In this document: positions 25,200-37,100 of the stretch, piece after piece
Layout of the letters: every line of letters starts with the position of its first letter
How positions within the stretch are numbered: the stretch's first letter is position 1
Source of the DNA: a virus
Lineage: Duplodnaviria > Caudoviricetes
IMG/VR virus record: IMGVR_UViG_3300034092_001286
Span: 1 to 63,461 of that record
Direction: 5' to 3' (one strand)
Length of the DNA stretch: 63,461 nt
The notes under the pieces: generated by a model
The model's database searches: none
What the model was told of the DNA's origin: nothing
Seen by the model: the letters and a program-made list of their open reading frames with translations, nothing else
Program-made: the position numbers and the translations under genes

Positions 25200-28100
25200 A
25201 CATCTCGTTGTATCGACGGGTCGTAGCGGTGATCCGTTCCTCAAGCATCTTGACTCGCTCAGGATTGCCGCCCTTCGCAATGACCTCGCGCTTCTGCCGG
25301 CGCAGATAACCTATCTCGCGCTGCGCCCGGTCTGCAACCTGCACCAGTCGTGCGTCAGGATGTTCCGACAGATACGTTCGCATCGCCTCACCGTTGCCGT
25401 CGTCCTTCATTGCTTCCAGCGCGGACTTGTGCTCGCCGATACGTTCAAGGTTGCGATAGAACCTGCTTGTCTCCGACGACTGCCCCTTCGTCTCGCCGAT
25501 GAAGCGACCCACACCAAGCGGTGTCTTGTGCATCGGCAGTTCCTCACCGGTCACCTTGCTGCCGACATACTGTGCGGTCTTCAGTAATTCGCGGCCGACA
25601 CCACCGGTTGCTTGACCGACGAGGTAGTCGATCTGGTCAGGCGTTGGCGACGCCATGCCGATCTCATACTTGCCGCCACCCGTAATGTAGTTGATTCCAT
25701 AGGACAGCCAACGACTCGGTGGCGACGCGCTGTCCTTGGTCCGCGTCCAGCCTGCGGTCGGATGCATCTTGTTGAAGTCTTCTTTGAAGATCGACTTGCC
25801 AGTCCAGTCTTTGTTCTCACCGAGTGCAATGATCGGATCGCCAATCGTCGGCGATAGCGTCTGCGCGAGCGTACCGCTGCCGATCGGGTTGAATGCATCG
25901 AGCATCAAGCCGGCCAGACGAACAAGACGCTTGCCGGGGTTTTTGAATCCGCCCATCATCCACTCGGCGGTGATGCGGCCGATGTTAGGAATGACGTGGA
26001 AGCCGAGCGGCATCGGCACATTGATAACCTTGTCGGTGCCGAGGATCGGAATGATGAAATTCTTCTCGCGCTGGAACTGCGGCGGTTCGTCGTCATCCCA
26101 TCCAGCCGCCGCGCCGAGCATCGCCTGCAACACACCAAGCATCATGCCACCGTAGAGAATCTTTTTGCCGGCGTCAGTCAGCTTGCCGTCCTTGTAGGTC
26201 GTCTCGCCGATCCGTGCGGTGCCCTGCACGGCAGCATTGAAGAATGCGTACAACGCGCCGGTCTGTGTGGCGGCCAGTCCTTTCTTGTTGAAATTGACCG
26301 TCAGGTTCTTGGCGAGTGACGCAGCCGCATCACGACTCATGCCTTTGTCCAGAGCCACCTTGTACGCAGACAGCCGCATCGCATTCTCAACTGCGGTGTT
26401 GTAGTCGGACAGCCAGCCAAACACGGCGCTGTGCCGCTCGCCGCCCGTGACCCATTGCTTTCCCTTGCCGGCGTGCTCAAGCTCCTTGGCGATCGCTTCC
26501 GCACGATCGGTACTGGTAGCAAACGCATCGCGATAGCCGGTCTTACCGCCGTCCATTGCGAACTGCTCAAACAGTTGAGCCCATTGCGAGGTGGGCTGCT
26601 TGCCCGCACGATGATCGCGCAAGTCGGCATAGACACCACGTAACGCATCGAAGGCATGTCGCGCTACAGCCGCTCTATCAGCAGACAACGGTGTACTCGA
26701 CAGGTTCAGCATGCCCGTGCTGAAGTCGCGGATACCGTTGGTCATGCCGAAGATCGGGTTGTACTGTGTATTGACACTGGCGAACCATCGTGTGACCGGA
26801 GCGATAACTTGCAGCACACCACTGACCGACGCTGCGTCCAGATTCTTCAGGCCACGAACCATCTCCTGTGCGCGTTTCTTGTTGGAGAAAAATACGTACC
26901 GTTCCTCGCCGTTAATGCGCGTGCTCAGTACGTCGTCACGACCGCGCAGTTGCGGATTGATCCGCTGCATCTCAAGCCCGGTCTTCGGATCGGTGTATCG
27001 CTGCACCGGTTCGTATGCCAGATTCTTCGCATCCAGCGGATTGACACCGATCGCTACCAGTTCAGCAATAGCCGCTTGTAGCGCAGCCGGCGAGAGCTTC
27101 TTATTTAGTTCAGGATTGACCGGTATCCAGAACTCAGGATTCGGTGCCGACAGTGCCAGTCCATAGACAGCCTGCGCCACACGGTTCTTCTCGCTGCGCG
27201 TAATCGCCCGCTCGCGCTGCATGGCAATGTTTGCCAGCACATCGGTGACAGCACGCTTGCTGCCGAGGGCGCGCTTGCTGGCTGCACCACGCACCGAGAA
27301 GCCGGTGCCTGTACCGTTGCCAAGGCCGAACGCTCCCGAGTAGTTCGCATCGGACTCCATGTCCCGCTTGAGTGGTGCGTAGTGTGCGTAGGTGCGCTTC
27401 CACGTATCGACCGTCTCTTGGGTTTCCAGACCGCTCGATACGAGCAGATCGAGCGTGCCGTTGGTAATCGCATCAACCCTGCTAGCGACCGCCTGCGCGG
27501 CCCGCAGTGCGGCAGGGGTAAGTTGTATCGTCCGACCGTTCAGCGTGACCGCCTGCCCGGCAAGGATGGCGGCTGACTGCGCATCCGACATGCCCGAGCC
27601 ATCAGTAATTGTTGGATTGGTACGATTGTTGGCGGCATTGCGCTCCGGTGCGTGTCGTGCCCACAGGTAATCATCCAGATCGGCCATAGTCAGCTTGCGC
27701 ATCGCCATGTCTTCCATCAGCTTGCGCAGTTCCCCATCGGCGAACGCATCGACCCGAGCGGCAGCCCGACCGTGATAGTTCGTTTCCAGCAGGTAGGCAT
27801 CGAACTTCTCCTTGACCGCTACACCAGCCTCACGGATCGCACGGAGCACACGCTTCGTATCGATCTTGTCGTCCTGCATCTTTCTTACAAAGTCGTCCCA
27901 ATCCGTCACGTCTGGATCGGTCCATGACTGGTTGATCGGCTGACCATTTGTGCGGGAGCGGGGAGTGCTCTGGCGCGGTACGTCAGCAGCAGCAGTCAGC
28001 AGTGCCGCGATCTTTTTCTCAGCGGCAGGATCGTCAGGAATATCAGACTGACTATCGTATCCTTCAGCAAAGTGCTGCTTGTGCGTGATGTGTTCTTCAC

Positions 28101-31100
28101 GTTTGAATCGAGCGAGCCATGCAGCAGGTGACGACGCGCTACCGAGGAAGTCGTAGATCGTACCGTCGATTCGAGCGCCGTAATGATCAGTCATATCGTT
28201 ATTACTGCGAACGATACGCACCAAATCACCGCCGCCGAATGCACGGATCAGAGCCTTCGCGCAGATCAGACAGCCGCCATCGAACGGCCCGCTGTTGTTA
28301 CTCGGTCCGAAGTCAAGTGCCTCGTACAGTCGGTCATCCTTATAGACAGCAGCTATTGCCGCGTCTATGCGTCGCTCACTCCGACGTATGTCATCGTCCT
28401 CACGACTATAGGCACCGGAGTTACCGCTGGCCGACTTGACCTGATTGGGCGAGAACACCGCAAGGTTCGTCACGCCGCGCTCGCGAACGTAAAACGAGTC
28501 GTGGTTCTCACGGATATATTCCTGCACCTGCGGACTCTCAATAGCGTTCCAGTCGCCGCGTTCCAGATCGCCGATATGTTGTGCAACCTCGACCATCTCG
28601 CCGTTGATGAATTCATGCCCCATCCACGATCCGCCGAGCAATTGCTCGATCTGCTGTACGTGCTGCGGGTTGCGGTAGTCGAACGGGTTTTCAGCCCGCA
28701 CGTACAGCGGCATGATGTTCGATTCGCTCGGCATGAACTTCTCGACCGCACGACGCATGTACTGGCTCGGCTGCTGGCTCTGGTTTAAGAGCCGTTCCTC
28801 GCGGTTGTATAACGAGCTACCCGGCAGTGCATCAGCCAGCAGCATCTTGCGCGCATCAGCCTTCGCTTCCTGTATCTGATCGGGCGTCATCCACGTCCAG
28901 AAGTTGTTCAGCATCCAGCTATGCGACAGGTCTGAAAACTCTGCGGCAAACTCGGGATCGTCGGTCAGGAAGATCGCGTCAGCCTGCTGTGGCCGGAACG
29001 TCGATATGTCACGGGCGGTGCCGTGGTACATGACGGTGCGTACCTTGGACTTGCCGAGCCATTGGTCGCGACGTTCAGAGAAGCGCGGAGTACCTTCGTC
29101 TCGAAGTTCTTTGTCACGTGCGAGAAGTTTGTCAGGATGCCACGGACCGTCAGCCAGTTCGCCACCTGCGTAATATTTGACTTCGACAGGCATGTGCTTC
29201 CAGCCGAGTTCAAGCGCAGCCATGATGCGATGATTCCCTTCATTGACCCACGGCATTCCGTTGTGATCAATCTGGATGAACGGCGCGTACTCGTCAGTGC
29301 TTTCCTCTCGCACAGACGGCAGGCGACCTGTCTTGCCCATGTGGTCTTTCAGCCAGTTTAGATCGTCGGTGCGCACGCTACGCTGCTCGCCCATAATTCC
29401 TTTGACATATTGAAGGCGACGAAGCGGGATGAGCACCTTGTCCGAGAAATAACCAGTCACGGCACCGAACCGTTTGGGCGCACCGTGCGTGTTCGTTCCC
29501 GCTGCTTCTGCGTCACGTTGTTGCGTGCGCAGCCAGTCGCCACCGGGATTGTCGGTACGCAGGCGCGGCTCACTACGTTTCTCCGGTGCATCCTTCGGCA
29601 TATCGGCAAGACGCTTATAGAAAGTTTCGCCGACCTTATATCCGCGCAGCTTCCATCTACCAACTGCTTCGGAACCGAGCATTGTCTTGCCAGTGCGCCC
29701 GGTATCCCACACTTCAATTTTCACCACATCGTCGGATGTTCTACGAGAGGCGCGCTTTACGCCGGGAACGGTAGTCTCAACCACCCACCCACCTGCCGGC
29801 TTACGTGCCGTGCTAAACAACGGCATGCCGATCCGTGCCTGTTGCCGCATCTCGTCGGTGATGTCGAAGCCGGGTTGGGGCGCGCCGGCTCGCTTCTTTA
29901 GAGCAGCTTCGGCAGCTTTTTCAGTACGATAAACAGTGTCGTCGCCATCAACATGCCATGCATTCGGATTTCCGGCATCTCGCCACACACCTTCGCCTGC
30001 TTCGTGCCCATCTGTCGTAAGCTGCACCTGTAGCAGCGTCGCACCGAGCTTGCGCGCGACCTGCTTAACGATACCGTCATAAAACGCGACCATCCCTTCG
30101 CCGCCGACTCGCAGAGCCTGCCCGCGCATGACGCGCTGGTTGTTCATGTCAGGCTTCATTGCCAGCAGTTTTGCTGCTGCGTCTTTACCAATCAGGTCGG
30201 CGAGTTCTTTCTCGTCGGCAAACGTGCGCTCGATTACATTCGCGCCATCCTTGCGGGCTACGAGGGTGTTATCGTCATATGCGACCAACTCGTCAACCTG
30301 CTTGCTCAAGTCATAACGCTCGACCTGTTGCTCACCTGTCGTCCATGCCACCCGGTCAAATCCGTTATCGACGGCATAGGCAATCGCGCGCTTTAGCGCC
30401 AGTGCGGTCCATGCCTGCGTGTCGGTGACGAAGGGTGCTGATGGTACTGCCCCTAGCTGCACGTCAGTCTCGACGACACTAAAGTCCTCAAGGCCAGCAT
30501 CACGCCCATACTGTTCAGCATCTGCGCGACTACCGAAGTACGTCGGACGCAGAGGGCCTCCGGTGTTATCTGTGATGGTGTACCGCGCGGTGCGCCCAGC
30601 AAACCCGTCCTTCCGCCCCTTCTGCGCCCAGTCGCTCTGCACTTCCTCGATGAACAGCACGCGCTTGCCGCCAGCATCGGTCCGCTCGTCAAAGCGGACG
30701 TGCGCGAGGATGTTCGGTTGCGGGTAGTGCGAGCCGCGGAACTCTTGCTTGCGACTCTTGTCGGTTTGCATCTTCTCGATGCGTAACGGGTATTTCTCAA
30801 GATCACTGGCAAGTTCTGGCACCGACGATATGCGGTCAATATAACCTTGAGCGTCTTCGCGCGTCTTGAACCCATCATGCGGGAATGCACCATAAACAGA
30901 GAACGTATTTTCTTCCGGTGTGCGGCGCGGCAGTACCAGCAGCAACTCACGGTACGTACCGGGCTTGCCACCCGGCAGTGACTGCTCGCTGTATTTAACC
31001 TGCTCACCAATCGCCGCCTTACGCTGCTCAAACAGTTCGTTCTTGCGGTTGAGTGCGCGCCCGTAGGCGAGCATGGCGTCGAGTTGTTCGGGCGAGAATG

Positions 31101-34100
31101 GGTCGTTGGTTTCAACAACACCGGTACGATTTATCCGCTCCATCGCTAAATATGACGACGAACTGTTTTTCCATTGCGCACCAAACGCAGCCTTCCGCAG
31201 CCGTGCAACCTCTACCTCCTGCTCCTGCAACTCAGCATCCAGCCGCTTGTACTCGGCCGACTCCTCACCGAGCATCACGTCCCTGACGCGCACGCCGTTG
31301 CTCGCCAGCCAGTCCTGTATCTGCGCGCCCGTCACGCTGCGTTGCGTCGCCAGCCAGTCCAGTACGCCGGACCATTGCAGTTCGTCTTTCTTGACACCGA
31401 GCTTGCTGGCATTGCTCTGCAGCCACAGCGCCGCTTCCTTGCCTGTGCGCACCTTGGCCGGCAAGCCACCGACCGCTTCGGACAGTTGCGAGCGATACCA
31501 TTCCTTGCGGGCCTCAGACTTACGGGCTTCGGCGCTGGCACGGCGCTGCGAGAATAGCGGCATACCGGCAGCGGCCGACTCACGGAGCTTGTCGGTAATC
31601 TCGAAGCCTTGCTGAGTACCAATCTCTATGGCAGCCTTGCTGGTTGTGAGCGATTCGACGTTTAGTTCTGCACGTTCCTTCGTCGGATGCGACACAAGTT
31701 CCTTGCCGTCCTGCTGCACGATCCAGCGACCGGCCGTGTCAGGATCAGGTGCGACACTGTACTGCCGCACCTTATGCACCTCAATGTCCTTCACCCGCAC
31801 GTCCTTGTCGAACTTTTTAAGTATGTCGTTTGCAATGTTCGGCAGCATCCGATCATAGAAGCCGGCCATGCCGGTATCGGATATGGTAATGTCATCGCCG
31901 GTAATCTCGCCCGACTGGTTCGGATCGGCGATGATCTGCTTCGCCATCTGTTTGCCGATCGCATCGGACAGTGCCGTCTCGCTGACGCGGGTGTCTGTAC
32001 GCTGCCTGCCGTTCTGGCTGGCGACAATATGAATGCCGTCAGGTGTTTTCTCCCATGCGATCGTATCGACCTGTTTGCGCAGGCTGTGACGCCACCGCTC
32101 GACCTGTTGGGCACCGCTCGTCCAGACCACTTTGTCAAAGCCGTACTCGACAGCATGAGCGATCATGCGCTTGAGCACCAGACCAGCCCATTGCGGCGTC
32201 TTCTCGATGAATGGTGCGGCGTCGGGTAGGTCGCGACTGAGCGCGTCATACTCGCGTTGCAGTTCGCGCCGGTTTGTCTCTAGCTTGGCAATCTTGTCGG
32301 CCGCAACCTTGGCGTCGGACGATACGTCGTTAGATAGTGCACGTGATCCCATCGACCTGACGTTATTCCAGTCAGAACTTGTCCATGCGTCTTCAGCTTC
32401 CGGCAAGACTTGCTTCAGCGCGAATATCGCGTGAACGCCTTCGTCACCTAGCTCATCAATCTGCTTGATCAGTACCGCAGCCCGCTCTGCCGCCTCCAGC
32501 CCCTCACGCCGCTGCTGACCCCAATCACCCTGCACTTCCTGCAAGACCATGACGCGCTTGCCGTCGCTGTCGGTATGCTCGTCCCATCGGGCATGGCCGA
32601 CGACGTTTGCTTCCTGCCAGTGTGTCGTGTAGTAATAGTCTTTGACAGGCGTGCGTTCGGTACGCAATTCGTCGGGCCTATATTCCCATCGACCGCCGAT
32701 GCGTTCAGCCTCTCGCTTGGCAGATTCTTCCGATACCGTACCGAGCGTCGCGTTGCCGTCCGCATCAAACACGGTGTATGAATCGCGCTTCAGCGTCTCA
32801 GTTACCGGCATACCAAACGCACCGACCGGCAGCGTCAGTTGTACCTCACGATACGACCCCGGCACCGCACGTCTAGTATCTAAGTTGTAGTCTTTGCTTT
32901 CCCATTTAACGCTATGGAAGTCACCACCGGAGCTACCGGAAACCAGACCTTCCTCCATGACGAGCTGACGGATCACACCTTCTACATCAGCGTCGTCAGC
33001 ACGGCGCGGCAGCGGTATGTCGCGCCCGTCAAAATACACCCGACGCTCACCATACGACGTACTGTCATAGAACGTACCATCCACACCATCGACCGTGATA
33101 GCGCGCGTCTGCGGAGATTCATAATCGTCGTAATACCACGTGCGTTCCTGCTCCGTCAGTTCTTCCAACAGCTCGTCGTCGTCAATCTCGGCACGGGCGC
33201 GACGACGGGCTTCCTCTTCCAGTGCTTCAATGTCACCGGACAGCACGGCAAACGCGCGATCGACCGCTTCGGCCTGCACCGCTTCGTCGGTCATGTCGTT
33301 GCTGTCGTCTGTGTATTCCTGCCACGTATCGCCGGCTACCTGTGCCGCCGCAATACTACGAGCGGCTTGTTCAACCAGCGTTTCATCGACCGGGAACATG
33401 TCACCCATCTGACGCTGCACGTCGGCCGCAATGTCAGGCAGATTGACCTCTATCCGTGTGCGGGCTTCGTGCTCTATGTCGTCGTAAATGTCTTCCCACG
33501 ACTGCTCGACGCGATCATCAACAACCTCATCGAACCGATTATTCGCACGCTCGGCCAGCCAGTCCTCGTCAGGATCGTCCATCTCCCACTCACCGACGTT
33601 CAGTTCAATGTCACTGTCTTCCGCATCGACCTCTTGCGTGCTGTCAGTTACCGGGCTGCGCTCACCTCGCAGTATGGTTTCGATCTTTACGCCAAACTCA
33701 GACAGATACGCCTGCACCTGCTCGCGTGTGACCTGCGCCTCGCCCTGCGCGTCGAGCCACTCTTCAATACCGGACCACTTGATTTCATCCGGCTTGACAC
33801 CCTTGGCCGCCAGCGACTTGAGCCACGACTTCCAGCCCGATGCCGGCGCTTTCTTCATCTGTGCAGTATCAGCCTGACGGGCGAGCGGGGAGTACCACCA
33901 TGTAGCGGGACGACTCTCAGAGAGACGTGCAACCGGTTCTGCAAGTGCGGCTTGTGCCGCAGCGAGCTTGTCTGTATTTGAGAACGATTCCGGTATTGGC
34001 CGCAACGTGCCGTCCTGCGTCACTGCGTATCGGTTGTAGCCGCTAGCGCCATAAACGACACCCGTGCCGCCGTTGTCTTTGTATAGATCGTAGGTGCGCT

Positions 34101-37100
34101 CGTCAGGATACTCGGAGCGCATACTTTCGGCTTCTCTCCACAGCGACCGGAACGTGTTGTATCCGTAATCGCCGTCCATCGTGAGTTTGCCGTTCTCGAT
34201 CTCTTGCAACGCCGCAAGCATAGGACGAGTCTCGCTCATGCGTGCCGGCTCTGCACGAGGTACCAACTCATCACGACGGTACATCTTGTCATTGTCGAGC
34301 CAGCGCGGATCAAGTTCAGGCATCTCACGCAGCAGAGCGCGCTTCCATTCCAGACCGGTCATCTTGCCAGCAGGCAACGCGCGGTTTGCCATCAGCTTGC
34401 GACGCAGCACCTGCTCGTCGCTAAACTTCGGTGCCGGCATATTCGGTACATCCGGTCGTGCCCGCTCGCCCTCATACTGCACCGGCACACTGTGAGCGCC
34501 GAGCAGCACGACAGCACCGCCCTTGCCGAACTCACGTGTCATGTAGCCGTCGAAGCCGGCGTCAATGACGCCCGCCTCGAAGTCGTTCATCAGGTTGTCG
34601 GGTGACTGGTACGGATCGCCTTCAGCGAGACGCTTGTATAGACGCTTTGGATCAACGTCCATGTCATAGACGTTGTTGAGCGTGACGCTATGTGCGTGGT
34701 GCCCGACATCCGACTCGGGCGCGATGCCCTTGCCGGTGTTGGCATAGAAGTACAACCGTTTCTTTATGCGTGAGTCTTTGGCCTCGGCAATACGGAACCG
34801 TTCTTGGGCCTTCATGCCCGTGCCGAAGAACCCGCTACTTAGGGTGTCTCGCTGCTGTCGGGAGTAGTGGACTCCGACGACTGTTTCGCCGCTTCCTTCG
34901 CCGTAGCTAGGGCGCTGTTCGCTCTTGCGCGCAACGCCTGCTCGATCTGATCGATCGCCGGCTGCATCGGATCGGCCTCGGAGCTTGCGGGCTTCATCAC
35001 GCCACTGATTAACGTCCCGCGCTTGAGCGCGCAGTCTGGCGGAAGACCCCTGATCACTTTGCATACCATAATCGTTCTCTCCTATCATTGCGCCGAAGCC
35101 TTCGTCGAAATAGACGGTAGCGACGCCTGCCTTGTCCAGAATGGACACGACTTGTTGCTCCAACTGATTCATGCGTTCGACAGGCAGACCGATATACATC
35201 TCGTTGTCCAGTGTCGAATGCCCTGATATTGCATCGCTGTCCAGCGCCCTGATCTGTGTGTAAATCTTATGCACCAGCGCACGGTCAGACGAATCAATAT
35301 TGAAATGGATTATGCCGGTCTTTTCACCACCTGTAAAGGGCTTTAATCCGAGCGCATATACCGCTTCCTGATCAAGCACATAGCCGACAGCGCGGGCAGC
35401 AACGGCAGGATCGCCACGTGTTACAACCAGCGCGAACGACGGATTCGTATCTTCCATCCAGCCACCAAGCTGCGGTCGGATAGTTCCGGTAACTCCAAGG
35501 TCTTTCAGCAGACCCGGTATCACGCGAGACTTTATATCCTCGCTGACAGCACGTTGCTGCTTGTCGCTGAGTTTGTTCCACGCGGCAGCTTCATTCGGTT
35601 TCGGTGCGACCTCAAAGAACAGGCGCTGGTCACGTTTGACACGCGCAGGCGACAGCGCAGCAAGCTCACGGGCCCGAGCGTCTGACAATTCGTCATCTGT
35701 CTCTAGCACAGCGGGCTCACCCTCACCGGCCTGCGATCGACTGTGCGTCCGCGACGTATTGATCCGATGCTCCGTGGTGTGCTCACCTTGATCCGGCTCG
35801 ACAGTACGTTCGCCACGGATGAACGCAGCATACGCGCTGCTGATTGCATCACGGGTCGCTTCGATCTGCTCGGGCGAGATGGTCGCGTAGTCGCCTTGTT
35901 TCTGCGCACGGACGACAGCGAGAAACTTGCCGAGCGTCTCGCGTATCGCCATTACCATCCGTTCGATGATGCCGCGAGCTTTATCGCCCTCCTGCTTCTC
36001 GATCTTTGCAAACACGTCAAGCCAGAACTTTTCATCCGACCAGTGCTGACCGCCAAGGTCGGACACCATCTCGTCCAGCAGGAACGCTTCGACGGTGTTC
36101 TCGCTGGTGTGGAACAACTCTTTCTGCTCGGGCGTGAGCGCGGACGACCAGTCAGGCATGGCGCGTGCGGCTTCGAGCTTTGCGGCATTCTCAGCGTTGC
36201 CGCCCCAATAGTCAGAGGCGAATGCGTCCAGCGCCTTGCGCTTGTCCGGCATCGTGGCAACCAGCGCATCACGCACCGCAGCCCACGCCTTTGCGTGCCG
36301 ATCGCGCAGAACGTGCGTGACCTCATGGCCCATGACCTGCATCGGATTGATCTGTGCGGCCGTGTTGATATGAACCGTGTTCTCCGATCGATTCGGTACG
36401 GCACCATCGCTGCTGCCCGGTGCGAACTCGAATACCACCTTCGTACCGGTGATCCGGCCCATCTGCACAAGCACCTTGCGCATGTTGCGTGTGACCTTCT
36501 CACCCTTGATGTCCGGTCCGGTTTCGCTACGTAGCTGACTCTGCGGTCCGAAGATCGGTCGCGGCTGGCTAGAACGCTCTGCATCGGCCGCCATGCGGTT
36601 AAGCTCTATCTGCTCTGCGGTGAGCGGCGCGGCCGGCACAGCGGGGCGCGCAACAGGTGCGGCGGGCATTGCCGTAGCAGGTGATTCTTCGTCAGCGAGA
36701 CGTTGCTGCTCGGTTACGGCCGGCTGCGTCGAGAATACCCCACGGGCCGGGCCTGCTGCGCTGATAACAGGCACCACCTCGAAGCGACCAGCAACCTCGC
36801 GGTGCGGACGCATCTCCTGCGACGGGTCTTTGCTGACGATTTCCTGTGCAGCACGTTGCGTGTAGGCCGGCACGTTCGTCACGGCGGTACCAGTGATAGG
36901 TTGCACGCTGCTGGCGGCTACCGTGGCTTCATTGGTGATACGCGCCGCTTCACCCTGACCGGGCTGCACACCAGCGTCAGGCGTGACGATACCGGACGGA
37001 ACGGCGGGATCGAGCGCACGCATCGTCTGTACGACGCGCTGGCGCATGTCGGCATCGAGACGCATCAACGCCTTGGTCTGTTCCCCGGCCGGAAGGATCG

